Shown here: piece by piece, positions 1 through 9,575 of the stretch | How positions within the stretch are numbered: position 1 is the first letter of the stretch | Layout of the letters: each line of letters opens with the position of its first letter | Source of the DNA: a virus | Taxonomy: Duplodnaviria; Caudoviricetes | Length of the DNA stretch: 64,000 nucleotides | IMG/VR virus record: IMGVR_UViG_3300034410_000474 | Location: 17,575 to 81,574 of that record | Strand: one strand, 5' to 3' | Position numbers and translations under genes: made by a program | The notes under the pieces: model-generated | Databases searched by the model: none | Seen by the model: only the letters and a program-made list of their open reading frames with translations | Told to the model about the DNA's origin: nothing

Positions 1-129
1 CAATTTAAACATGTACCCAAAACAGGAGATTTTATGATCTTTCCAAGTTTTACTTACCATCACGTAAATCCTTACCTTTCCTCACTACGGATGTGTATAC
101 CGGTAGATCTCTTTCTACACAGAGGATAA
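1..129 (+). CDS. C-terminal fragment of probable 2OG-Fe(II) oxygenase-like protein (partial at window edge)
   Basis: Frame 1 reads QFKHVPKTGDFMIFPSFTYHHVNPYLSSLRMCIPVDLFLHRG*; GDxxIFPS..H.V.P..R pattern of the DSBH oxygenase C-terminus. Confidence 0.6.
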   Translation, partial: QFKHVPKTGDFMIFPSFTYHHVNPYLSSLRMCIPVDLFLHRG

Positions 130-133
130 AACA

Positions 134-141
134 TATAAATA
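134..141 (+). promoter_or_regulatory. T4-type late promoter TATAAATA
   Basis: Exact consensus upstream of ORF 218 (SD GGAGA). Confidence 0.8.
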
Positions 142-217
142 GAACTAATAAAGATAAAGTTCAAACAAAATAAATAACCTAACTATTATAGTTATATTAA
201 CAATTGGAGAATAAAAA

Positions 218-634
218 ATGGCTCTTACATTAGAATACTCAATTACTAGTCTTAAAGTAAAAGATGAAGTAAACGCAGATGGCGAAACGCTGCCAAACGC
301 AGTTGTTCAGACATATTGGAAAGTTGTTGGCACCGATAATGGTGGTAATACTTCTGATTGGGCTGGTGCAACTCCTTTCACAGCTGCTAACGTTCCTGCT
401 GGTTCATTTACTGCTTTCGAAGACTTAGAAGAAGCAACAGTAGTTGGATGGGTTCAAGCAATCGTTGATGGCGATGCTGGTTACAAACAGCATATCACTG
501 ATCAACTACAACGTCAGATTGATGAAGATCTTGTCGAAGAACGCGCCATGCCTTGGGCTGAGGATGTTACACCACCTCTACCTGATGACGCACCTGGAGC
601 AGAAGATCCCGCTCCTGCAGAAGGCGGCGAGTAA
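218..634 (+). CDS. Small phage protein, likely tail-fibre-associated
   Basis: SD GGAGA; W-K...TD..G...G.T.F...F..FEDL.E..V..W pattern typical of small marine phage fibre-associated proteins; acidic Pro-rich tail. Confidence 0.55.
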   Translation: MALTLEYSITSLKVKDEVNADGETLPNAVVQTYWKVVGTDNGGNTSDWAGATPFTAANVPAGSFTAFEDLEEATVVGWVQAIVDGDAGYKQHITDQLQRQIDEDLVEERAMPWAEDVTPPLPDDAPGAEDPAPAEGGE

Positions 635-653
635 TTAGATAAAGGAATCTATC

Positions 654-980
654 GTGAATTATACTTGGAAAATTTCAAAGCTTGGATTAACTGATCAAAT
701 GAGTACAGACGACGTCTTACTCGAAAATGCGATCGTTAATGTTAAGTGGAAAAGAATTGCGACAGATACTGATGGATTAAAAGCGAGTTACCTCGGTAGT
801 ACTGATTTGAATGCCGCTATTTTGGCGGCAGACTTTGTTGCATTAAACGATGTAACAGCTGAAAACGTTACTAGTTGGCTCGAGGCTGCAATAACAGCAA
901 ATGGAATTGCAAAAATCGATGCTAAATTAGCAACAAAAATTGAACGAAAAAGATTGCGTAGTATCTCACCTTCCTGGTAG
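654..980 (+). CDS. Paralog of 218..634, likely tail-fibre-associated (GTG start)
   Basis: Shares WK..TD.DG..G.T..F.AL.DVT.E.V..WL pattern; SD AAGGA. Confidence 0.55.
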   Translation: MNYTWKISKLGLTDQMSTDDVLLENAIVNVKWKRIATDTDGLKASYLGSTDLNAAILAADFVALNDVTAENVTSWLEAAITANGIAKIDAKLATKIERKRLRSISPSW

Positions 981-981
981 A

Positions 982-989
982 TATAAATA
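982..989 (+). promoter_or_regulatory. T4-type late promoter TATAAATA
   Basis: Exact consensus ahead of the 1026-4065 sugar-modification genes. Confidence 0.8.
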
Positions 990-1025
990 AACTAAACAAT
1001 CAATCTTTTATATTATGGAGGTGAC

Positions 1026-2072
1026 ATGCACGATTTGCATATGGGTGGCTTAGCGGCTTGGGCTTTGAAAAGAGGCGGGTCGCTCCATCCAATACTATTA
1101 CCAAAATCGGTAACCGGTAATGAAACCGGAATTATGAATCCGTCGATCTATTCCCACAAGGGAAAGCTTCTTCTTAACATAAGACATATCAACTATATTC
1201 TCTATCATTCAGAGGGTAAGCGGTTTCCACATCAATGGGGACCATTAGTCTATATTCATCCCGAAAACGACGTAACTTTAACAACTCATAACGTAATGTG
1301 TGAGCTTGACAATAACCTGAATCTTGCATCTGCTCAAAGAGTAGATATGGCTTTAGATACTGGCAAGCCTACGTGGAACTTTATTGGTTTAGAAGATGCT
1401 CGTTTATTTGAGTGGGATGATAAATTATATCTTTGTGGCGTACGAAGAGATTGTTATGATGATAAAGGTACAGGTCGTATGGAACTATGCCATATTGATC
1501 AAGTAGATGGTAAATGGACAGAGATTTCTCGACATCCTATTCCAGCTCCTGGTGATGATGGTTCTTTCTGCGAAAAGAATTGGATGCCTGTTTTAGATGA
1601 ACCTTATACTTTCGTTAAATGGTGTAACCCAACTCAAGTCGTTAAGTTTAATATTGAAGAAGGTACAACTGAAGTTGTATATGAAGATACTTCAGAACGT
1701 GCACCATTTGAAAAAGATTTCCGTGGTGGTTCACAAGTATTAAGATTAAACGATGACCAGCGCATGGCATTCGTACACGAAACAAATCTATTAAGAGATC
1801 CCTTTGGTCGTAAAGATGGTGACTATTCTCATCGCATATTGGTATGGGATAATGATTGGAACTTAATCCATGCATCTCGTAAATTTCATTTTATGGGTAC
1901 GTTCTTTGATCATGTAACAGGTATTGATTACAATATTGAGTTTGTTACTGGAATGTGCGTACATCCTGAAACTGGAGATATTCTGGTATCTTATGGATTC
2001 CAAGATAATGCTACGTTTATTTTAAGACTTCCTCATAAGTTGTTCTTAGACTTTTTGAATAGTAAGGTATAA
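1026..2072 (+). CDS. Beta-propeller glycoside hydrolase/phosphorylase-like protein (GH130-like)
   Basis: NPSI, GLEDARL, EKNWMP, RGGS, SYGFQD motifs; SD GGAGG. Confidence 0.6.
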   Translation: MHDLHMGGLAAWALKRGGSLHPILLPKSVTGNETGIMNPSIYSHKGKLLLNIRHINYILYHSEGKRFPHQWGPLVYIHPENDVTLTTHNVMCELDNNLNLASAQRVDMALDTGKPTWNFIGLEDARLFEWDDKLYLCGVRRDCYDDKGTGRMELCHIDQVDGKWTEISRHPIPAPGDDGSFCEKNWMPVLDEPYTFVKWCNPTQVVKFNIEEGTTEVVYEDTSERAPFEKDFRGGSQVLRLNDDQRMAFVHETNLLRDPFGRKDGDYSHRILVWDNDWNLIHASRKFHFMGTFFDHVTGIDYNIEFVTGMCVHPETGDILVSYGFQDNATFILRLPHKLFLDFLNSKV

Positions 2073-2074
2073 TT

Positions 2075-3307
2075 ATGAAATTTGATATAAAACTTTTAAA
2101 TGATGTAGTATTAGATTACGATAACCCCGATAAAATATACGCATTAGCAAGACAATACGATAAACTCGAACAAGGATCAGGAGCACATAGCTTTTATTTA
2201 AGAGCTGCTGATATGTCGCCAGGTAAAACCTTTGAGGAAAAATGGTTACAATATAAATGTATGATACTTTCTTCGATGATTTATCAAAGAAATGAAAATC
2301 GTAATCAAAGTGTTCAAGGATTATTAAAGATTGCAATTGCAACATTACCAAATAGACCTGAAGCTTATTACTTTATGGCTAAACTTAAAAGAGATCAAGA
2401 AGATTATCGTGAAGCAATAATGTATGCTCAAATAGGTATGCAGTTTGAAGGTCAAGAGTACCTTGATAACGATGTTGGTTATCCTGGTGATAATGCATTA
2501 AAAGTATTATATGCTCGTTGTAGATGGAAAACCGATGGTAGAGATGATTCAAAGAACCTTGCATTTGATTTAAAATATAAGAATAAATTAAACAAAAAAG
2601 ATGAAAAGGCTGTTAATGCTTTATTGGCAGAACACGGGTATCCAAGTACTCTTGCATATGACCCATCATTATTTGGTCAATATAAATTTAAGTTTGATGG
2701 CCAAGAAGATATAAAGACTAACTATTCTCGTCATTTCCAAGATATGTTTGTACTATCTGTATTAGATGGTAAGCGTGACGGTACCTTTATTGAAATCGGT
2801 TCTGGACATCCTGAGCTATTTAATAATACATTATTATTAGAAAGAGACTTTGGATGGCGTGGAATTAACATCGATAGTTCAGAAAGATTTGCTCATATAT
2901 TCTCAAGACATCGAAAAACTAATATGATCCATGCTGATGCAGCTGGTACAGATTATGGTACAGTATTTAAACAACAATGTTTAGAACAACATATAGATTT
3001 TTTAAGAATCAATTGTGAATATGCATCTATTGAAGCTTTAAAGAATATTCCGTTTGCTAAACACGAGTTTGGTATTATTCAGTTCCAGCATAACGCAACT
3101 TGGTGGGGAGATCAATTTAGAAAAGAATCTCGAGAGATACTGCAAAAGATCGGATATATACTATTAGTAAGTGATGTTGCAGTAGATAATACTCAAAACT
3201 ATGAAGATTGGTGGGTACATCCAATGCACGCAAATCGTAAACAAAATATGAAGTCTAGCAATAAGATAAACTTTGCTTGGGACTATATGATGGAGAATGT
3301 TAAATGA
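2075..3307 (+). CDS. TPR-repeat plus FkbM-like SAM methyltransferase fusion
   Basis: N-terminal helical repeats (PNRPEAYYFMAKL); C-terminal QDMFVL..LDGKRDGTFIEIG motif. Confidence 0.65.
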   Translation: MKFDIKLLNDVVLDYDNPDKIYALARQYDKLEQGSGAHSFYLRAADMSPGKTFEEKWLQYKCMILSSMIYQRNENRNQSVQGLLKIAIATLPNRPEAYYFMAKLKRDQEDYREAIMYAQIGMQFEGQEYLDNDVGYPGDNALKVLYARCRWKTDGRDDSKNLAFDLKYKNKLNKKDEKAVNALLAEHGYPSTLAYDPSLFGQYKFKFDGQEDIKTNYSRHFQDMFVLSVLDGKRDGTFIEIGSGHPELFNNTLLLERDFGWRGINIDSSERFAHIFSRHRKTNMIHADAAGTDYGTVFKQQCLEQHIDFLRINCEYASIEALKNIPFAKHEFGIIQFQHNATWWGDQFRKESREILQKIGYILLVSDVAVDNTQNYEDWWVHPMHANRKQNMKSSNKINFAWDYMMENVK

Positions 3308-4065
3308 AACCAGTATTGATAACAGGAGGATTTGATCCTCTACACTCAGGCCATATTGCATATATGAAAGCAGCTAAAGAACTTGGCTCTATTTTATATG
3401 TGGGTGTTAATTCTGATGAATGGTTAACTCGTAAGAAAGGTAGACCATTTATGTCACTCGAAGAAAGAATGGCAATTATTAAAGAGATTGGTTGTGTAGG
3501 ACACGTATTCTCATTTAATGATGATGACGATACTGCTATTAATGCTATCGAATATGTAAAGTATTCTGCTCCTCGTAACGCTGAAATCATTTTTGCAAAT
3601 GGTGGAGATCGTACAAAAGGTAATATCCCTGAAATGTTTAGTGGAGGAGATCAAGTAAAATTCGTATTTGGTGTAGGTGGAGATGATAAAAAGAATAGCT
3701 CATCTTGGATTCTAAACGAATGGGATAAACCTACTACTCAAAGACTCTGGGGTAAATATCGAGATCTTGATTCTAACGGTCATTGGAAAGTTAAAGAACT
3801 CTCTATTGATGTAACTAAATCTCTATCTGATCAACGACATTTTAAACGTTCAGAACATTGGCATATTGTTGATGGAGAGTTAAGAATGGAACTTGCGTTT
3901 GGAAATGGTTACTCAACTAATAAGATCTATAAAACTGGTGACAGTATCGATATTCCGATAAATACTTGGCATAAAGCAACTAATGTTGGAGACCGACCTG
4001 TCAAGGTTATTGAAGTTTGGATGGGTTCAGAACTATCTGAAGATGATATAGAAAGAAGATCTTAG
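3304..4065 (+). CDS. Cytidylyltransferase-like domain fused to cupin (mannose-6-P isomerase type II C-terminal-like)
   Basis: ITGGFDPLHSGH (HxGH), GVNSDEWL.RKKG, FANGGDR; C-terminal RLWG.Y, QRHFKRSEHW, IDIP..WH. Confidence 0.8.
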   Translation: MKPVLITGGFDPLHSGHIAYMKAAKELGSILYVGVNSDEWLTRKKGRPFMSLEERMAIIKEIGCVGHVFSFNDDDDTAINAIEYVKYSAPRNAEIIFANGGDRTKGNIPEMFSGGDQVKFVFGVGGDDKKNSSSWILNEWDKPTTQRLWGKYRDLDSNGHWKVKELSIDVTKSLSDQRHFKRSEHWHIVDGELRMELAFGNGYSTNKIYKTGDSIDIPINTWHKATNVGDRPVKVIEVWMGSELSEDDIERRS

Positions 4066-4089
4066 TAGTGTTTTAAGGATGATAATCCT

Positions 4090-4118
4090 ATTATACCATA
4101 GTTCATCGCGGGTGTCAA
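4090..4118 (-). promoter_or_regulatory. Sigma70-type promoter firing antisense into 3304..4065
   Basis: Minus strand TTGACA-CCCGCGATGAACTATGG(17)-TATAAT with extended -10 TG. Confidence 0.75.
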
Positions 4119-4127
4119 CTGTTATTT

Positions 4128-4135
4128 TATAAATA
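4128..4135 (+). promoter_or_regulatory. T4-type late promoter TATAAATA
   Basis: Exact consensus before ORF 4167. Confidence 0.8.
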
Positions 4136-4166
4136 TGTATAAATTAATCTATAAACAAAGGAGACG

Positions 4167-4577
4167 ATGATGGCTTTTCAGTTATCAGTAGCCGCAAGAA
4201 ACGCTACTTTAGCCGCGATCGAAACAGAAGTTGGTATTAACCCTATTTTAACCATCAATACTGGTACAAAACCTGCCGACGCAGCTACTGCAAACACAGG
4301 TTCAGTTCTAGCAACTATGGTTCTACCAAGTGATTGGTTGGGTGATGCTACTGCTGGATCTATTGCATTATCAGGTACTTGGCAAGATTTATCAGCCGAT
4401 GATTCTGGTACTGCTGGATATTTCAGATTGCATAATAACGCTGGCACAGTATGCCATATGCAAGGTACTATTACTGCCACAGGCGCTGGCGGAGATATGC
4501 AGTTGGATAATACTAACATTGCAACAGGTCAGCAAATTAATATTACCACGTTCACAATCACAGCTGGTGGGGCTTAA
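4167..4577 (+). CDS. Virion structural protein (Ala/Thr/Gly-rich)
   Basis: Late context, SD GGAG; ARNA.L...TG..P...SGTA.YFR pattern of small phage structural proteins. Confidence 0.55.
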   Translation: MMAFQLSVAARNATLAAIETEVGINPILTINTGTKPADAATANTGSVLATMVLPSDWLGDATAGSIALSGTWQDLSADDSGTAGYFRLHNNAGTVCHMQGTITATGAGGDMQLDNTNIATGQQINITTFTITAGGA

Positions 4578-4599
4578 CTTTAACATAAGGTAAAGCCAC

Positions 4600-5190
4600 A
4601 TGTCTGCAAATGGTGCTGTTACTACAACATTAGATTTTGAATACTTTGGCGGCGGCGTCATTCAAGTATCAGGAGAAGTATCAGGTTTAATTGATAATTC
4701 TTTTGTGTTTGATGGCCGCGTACCTGTTTTTGGTCACATCGAACCAGTTACTATTGACTTTGGATTTAGTGCTGGTATTGAAACACCTACAATTTATGGC
4801 ACCGTTGAAAATGCAAGCTTTGATTTTACCTCATATAGTTTTGTAGAGTTTGGTGTACAACGATATCTTTCAGTAGCAAATAACACATTATTTGATTATA
4901 GTGCTACTTCCGAAGGTTATGTTACAACTCACGTAAACTTTAATCCCACTTTAGACTTTAACATTGATACACACATCTATGTATTCTCATTAGGTGATGG
5001 TGAAGGCACGTATTCTTTCAGTGTTGAAGGATTAGGTTTAAATGTATCTACAAGAGAATATTCAAAAACTGGCGGAAACTATGTTACTTTTGATGGAATC
5101 GACAATAATGACTATAGAATAGTTGATTCAAAGAATGGAATTAAATTAATTAGCAACGGAATATCACAAGCTGATATCATACAGACATAG
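4600..5190 (+). CDS. Hypothetical virion protein, beta-rich
   Basis: ORF in late structural cluster. Confidence 0.5.
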   Translation: MSANGAVTTTLDFEYFGGGVIQVSGEVSGLIDNSFVFDGRVPVFGHIEPVTIDFGFSAGIETPTIYGTVENASFDFTSYSFVEFGVQRYLSVANNTLFDYSATSEGYVTTHVNFNPTLDFNIDTHIYVFSLGDGEGTYSFSVEGLGLNVSTREYSKTGGNYVTFDGIDNNDYRIVDSKNGIKLISNGISQADIIQT

Positions 5191-5242
5191 TTTGCTTTTA
5201 ATAAATATCTAATAAATAAAAGTAAAACTCGGAGATAAACAA

Positions 5243-5575
5243 ATGGCGGCTAGCTTTTACATAAAACAAAACGACACTGCACCGTCTATTGAGGCTGGCC
5301 TTACAGATTCTAACGGTAGAACTAAATCTATGGCCAATGCTTCTGCAGTTAAGTTTCATATGAAAGACGAGAATGGAAACATTCTTATCGAAAACGGTCT
5401 TGGAACTATTAAGAGTCCTACAAAAGGAATCGTTGCTTATGAATGGCAGACAGGAGATACTGCAAATTCTGGTATCCATAGTGCAGAATTCCAAGTAACG
5501 TATAATAACGGTCAAATCGAAACTTTCCCTAACACTGGTTATATTAAAGTAATCGTTAAAGACGAATTGGCTTAA
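5243..5575 (+). CDS. BppU-like (baseplate upper protein N-terminal domain) protein
   Basis: FYIKQNDTAP...VAYEWQTGDT...AEFQVTY.NG.IETFPN.GY. Confidence 0.65.
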   Translation: MAASFYIKQNDTAPSIEAGLTDSNGRTKSMANASAVKFHMKDENGNILIENGLGTIKSPTKGIVAYEWQTGDTANSGIHSAEFQVTYNNGQIETFPNTGYIKVIVKDELA

Positions 5576-5587
5576 AAGGAAAAACAA

Positions 5588-6331
5588 ATGGCACAACCAC
5601 AATCAAGAGAAGAATTTAAAGATTATATTTTAAGAAAAATCGGTGCACCAGTTATCGATATTAATGTGTCTGAGGAACAAGTTGAAGATCGTGTAGATGA
5701 AGCCGTTTCTTTTTGGAGAGATTATCACTATAACGGTAGTCAACAAGTATATCTTAAGCATCAACTTACAGCTCAAGATGTAGAGAATGGATATATTAAC
5801 TTACCGGCAGGATTGCTTGGTATTTCATCTATCTTTCCATTAGATACTTCTATTTCTACCGGTAGCGGAATATTTAACGTAAACTACCAATTCGTTTTAA
5901 ATAATCTTAATGATCTTACAGGTTATACAATTCAAAATTATTATATGACTATGTCGCACTTATCATTCTTACAAGAATGGTTAGTAGGCTTAGCTCCTAT
6001 TCGTTACAACAAACATGTAAACAAACTTTATATCGATGCTGGTAAAGCATCTTTCAGAGAAGGTAAGTATATCATCGTTGAAGCATATGATGTTATTGAT
6101 GAAGATGCTTATCCTGACGTGTGGGGAGATCGTTGGTTACAAAACTATTCATCAGTTCTTGTAAGAGAACAATGGGGTCTTAACCTTACTAAGTTCACTA
6201 ACATGCAGTTAGTTGGTGGCGTTAGCTTTAATGGCGAACAAATTCTGCAAGAAGCAAGAGCTGAAAGGGAAAAAATGGAAGAAGAAGCAATCCGGACTCT
6301 TCAACCTCTCGCCCACAATTTTATTGGATAA
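5588..6331 (+). CDS. gp13: Neck protein gp13
   Basis: PQSREEFKDYILRKIGAPVIDINV, WGLNLTKF, GGVSFNG; synteny. Confidence 0.92.
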   Translation: MAQPQSREEFKDYILRKIGAPVIDINVSEEQVEDRVDEAVSFWRDYHYNGSQQVYLKHQLTAQDVENGYINLPAGLLGISSIFPLDTSISTGSGIFNVNYQFVLNNLNDLTGYTIQNYYMTMSHLSFLQEWLVGLAPIRYNKHVNKLYIDAGKASFREGKYIIVEAYDVIDEDAYPDVWGDRWLQNYSSVLVREQWGLNLTKFTNMQLVGGVSFNGEQILQEARAEREKMEEEAIRTLQPLAHNFIG

Positions 6332-6334
6332 AAA

Positions 6335-7015
6335 ATGGCAACGAATTCGTACTTCAGAAATTACGACAATTTCAACGAGCAGAATCTAATTGACGACCTT
6401 GTAATCGAATCAATTAAAATCTATGGCGTTGATGTTAAATACCTGAGTGGTCAATTTAACAATGTTGATAAAATCTTTAATGAAGATGATACACCTCTTT
6501 ATGATGAGATGTATGGCTTTGAAGTATATGTGAAAAATGTCGATGGCTTCGAAGGTGAAGGAGATTTCTTATCTAAGTTTGGTTTACAAATAAGAGATCA
6601 AGTTACATTTACAGTCGCTATCAGAACATTTGAAAGATATGTTACTCGTAAAGATGCAGAAAAAGTACGACCAAGAGAAAACGATGTTATTTGGTTACCA
6701 CTTAATCAGAAAATGTATAGAATTACTTATGTAGAACATGAAAGCGTATTCTATCAATCTGGTAAGTTACAAGTTTACGATATTAAATGTGAACTTATGG
6801 AATACTCAAACGAAAGATTCGATACAGGCCGATACGAAATCGATCATTACTTTGATGATATTAAATCCACAACTGATGTTGTACAAACTCTTGAAGATGT
6901 TGCTAACAACGATCCAATTGCTCAGAACTTTGAATTCGAAAAATTAGCCGATGATATATTAGACTTTTCTGAAGTTGATCCATTCAGTGAAAACATTAGC
7001 ATAGAGGATTCATAA
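6335..7015 (+). CDS. gp14: Neck protein gp14
   Basis: EQNLIDDLVIESIKIYG, FLSKFGL, RPRENDVIW, DFSEVDPF. Confidence 0.92.
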   Translation: MATNSYFRNYDNFNEQNLIDDLVIESIKIYGVDVKYLSGQFNNVDKIFNEDDTPLYDEMYGFEVYVKNVDGFEGEGDFLSKFGLQIRDQVTFTVAIRTFERYVTRKDAEKVRPRENDVIWLPLNQKMYRITYVEHESVFYQSGKLQVYDIKCELMEYSNERFDTGRYEIDHYFDDIKSTTDVVQTLEDVANNDPIAQNFEFEKLADDILDFSEVDPFSENISIEDS

Positions 7016-9102
7016 TGGCTATTGCAAATTACTTTTATAATGAAACTACAAGACGATATGTAGCTTTATTCGGTACATTGTTTAATCAATTAAAGATTGA
7101 AAGAAACGATAATGCCGGTAACTTAGTACAGTCAATGATTGTACCATTGTCCTATGCACCATTCCAAAAAGTTATTTCAAGACTTAGAGAAGATCCTGAT
7201 CTATTAAACAGTACAAGACCTGCAATAAGCTTACCTCGTATGTCTTTTGAGATTACAAGCTTAAACTACGATCCACAACGTAAAATTGGATCTACTCAAA
7301 AGATGACAAAGAGACAAAAGCCAGAGTCTGAATCATCTCGTAATTTTGTACATGCTTCAGTACCATACAATATAGAATTTTCTTTGTACATTATGACTAA
7401 GTATTCAGAAGATGCTACAAAGATTATGGAACAAATTATTCCATTCTTTACTCCTGATTGGACTGTTACTGCTAAGATGGTTAACGATCTAGATCCAATC
7501 GATATTCCAATTATATTGAACTCAGTAACAACCGAAGACTTATATGAAGGTGACTACGAGTCACGTCAAACCATACTGTACACACTCACGTTTACTTTAA
7601 AAGGTTGGTACTTTGGACCAGAGAAGAAACAAAAAGTAATTAAGTTTATCGATATTGATATGATGACTGACACAGCATCAAATGCTCCTCGTCAAGAAGG
7701 CATTACTATTAAGCCAGGTTTAGATTCAAACGGTAATCCACTTACAGAAGATGGTATAGGCGTAACTGCGGTTGCAAACACTACGAATGGTACTATATCT
7801 GGTATTACAATTACAAATGACGGTGAAAACTATAATCCTAATAATGATATATCAGTAACTATTGCTGCACCTGATACATTAGATGCTAGCATTTCTCCAA
7901 ATATAGTAGACACTGAGATCACCTCGTTCACCATAAATGAAGGTGGAGGGTACTACTCTAGCCTGCCAAGTATTACTATAAGCGAGCCAGATATGCCTGT
8001 AACCAATGCTACGGCTTCACAGCAACTATCTGGAAGCACCATTGGATCAATCACAATAGATGAAGGTGGTACATATTATAACTCAGCAGGTATTACGATA
8101 TCAGAACCACCTGCAAAATCTCCCTATGTTAAATTTGGAGATGACGCTTTATATCACGCTAATCATACTGACACTACAACCTTACATACAACTGGAATCA
8201 ACTTCGTAACTGCTGGTAGTGGTTATGCTATCGAGTTTTGGATATATCCAACAGAATTCCACGCAAACGATAATGTTATTCTGCATATGCAAGGTAATAA
8301 TATGAGAATCGAAATTGAAAACGGAACTCTTGCATTATTCTATGCGACAGGTGGAGCACCTTGTAGATCTACACCAGAAGTAATAGTCCTTAATCAATGG
8401 AATCATTGTCGTGTTGAACACTTTGGTGCAACGGCAAGATGGTTAGTAAACGGTGTAGCAGATGATGGTACTTCAGGACCACAAGGATTCTTACTTGGTG
8501 GTGGAGCAACTGTTGTTGCCGGTGAACGTTCTGCAAATGAAAGATCTTTCCTAGGTGCTTTGGATAATATTACTATCGGTACAATTAGTTCATTAACACC
8601 TGCAGGAACATATACAATACCAACAACTCCACAAAGTGGTGGAGACTATACTGGTAACTTTGATAAAGATATCGCAACTGCCGATGTTGTAGTTACAAAT
8701 GGAGAAGTAGTTTCTGCTACTATAACTAATCCTGGCTCAAACTATGATGCCAATACAGTAATTACAATTACAGCACCAGATTCTACTCCTGCTAATTTCC
8801 AAGCATCAGTTACTCCAGTTCTTACCGACGGAACAGTAAGTGGAATAACGATAAATAACAGTGGTAGGTTCTATGCTACGGCTAATGTTTCAATATCATC
8901 TGCTGTTGCTAATACTGCTACTGCAGAAATAGTAATAGACGGAACAGGACAAGCAAGTGCGATTAACGTAACAAATGCTGGTTCTGGATATAGAACACCT
9001 CCTGTAGTTACAATCGGCGGACCTGCTGCAACATCAGTTCCATATACACAAATTGAATTTGATGACGACTGGGGTATTATTACGATATTTGAGGATGCAT
9101 AA
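7015..9102 (+). CDS. gp15: Tail terminator/sheath stabiliser gp15 with about 425-aa internal insertion (repeats + LamG-like domain)
   Basis: YFYNETTRRYVALFGTLFN, VPLSYAP, LPRMSFEI, QIIPFFTP; conserved DDDWG tail retained at C-terminus. Confidence 0.9.
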   Translation: MAIANYFYNETTRRYVALFGTLFNQLKIERNDNAGNLVQSMIVPLSYAPFQKVISRLREDPDLLNSTRPAISLPRMSFEITSLNYDPQRKIGSTQKMTKRQKPESESSRNFVHASVPYNIEFSLYIMTKYSEDATKIMEQIIPFFTPDWTVTAKMVNDLDPIDIPIILNSVTTEDLYEGDYESRQTILYTLTFTLKGWYFGPEKKQKVIKFIDIDMMTDTASNAPRQEGITIKPGLDSNGNPLTEDGIGVTAVANTTNGTISGITITNDGENYNPNNDISVTIAAPDTLDASISPNIVDTEITSFTINEGGGYYSSLPSITISEPDMPVTNATASQQLSGSTIGSITIDEGGTYYNSAGITISEPPAKSPYVKFGDDALYHANHTDTTTLHTTGINFVTAGSGYAIEFWIYPTEFHANDNVILHMQGNNMRIEIENGTLALFYATGGAPCRSTPEVIVLNQWNHCRVEHFGATARWLVNGVADDGTSGPQGFLLGGGATVVAGERSANERSFLGALDNITIGTISSLTPAGTYTIPTTPQSGGDYTGNFDKDIATADVVVTNGEVVSATITNPGSNYDANTVITITAPDSTPANFQASVTPVLTDGTVSGITINNSGRFYATANVSISSAVANTATAEIVIDGTGQASAINVTNAGSGYRTPPVVTIGGPAATSVPYTQIEFDDDWGIITIFEDA

Positions 9103-9575
9103 TGAGCGACGAAAAGATTTCTTCTGCACTTGGGATTAGGCCAATGTCAGAAATAGATGAAGATGAAAAGAATGTTCCAGTAGTAGCAAAGGCTACTGAA
9201 GACAAAGCATTACCTGCTGTTGTCTCTGAGCAAGATGATGAGAACTTAGAAGATATCGAAGCTGTAAGAAAAAATGTTGCAGACGTTATTGAAACAGGTA
9301 AAGATGCAATGATGGAAATGCTAGAAATTGCAAAACAATCTGAACAACCTCGAGCATTCGAAGTAGTTTCTACTTTAATGAAAACTCTTCTCGACGCCAA
9401 CAAAGATTATGCAGACATATCAACTAAAAAGAAGTTTGCTAAAGAAGAAATAAACGCTCCCAAAGAAGCAGCCCAAACAAACACTGTAAATAATAATCTA
9501 ATCGTATCGACAGCAGATTTACTTAAGATGCTGAAAGATCAGAAACCGGACGATGATGGTGTAATAGATGGGTGA
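9102..9575 (+). CDS. gp16: Terminase small subunit gp16
   Basis: PRAFEVVSTLMK, NNNLIVSTADLLKML; synteny. Confidence 0.88.
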   Translation: MSDEKISSALGIRPMSEIDEDEKNVPVVAKATEDKALPAVVSEQDDENLEDIEAVRKNVADVIETGKDAMMEMLEIAKQSEQPRAFEVVSTLMKTLLDANKDYADISTKKKFAKEEINAPKEAAQTNTVNNNLIVSTADLLKMLKDQKPDDDGVIDG

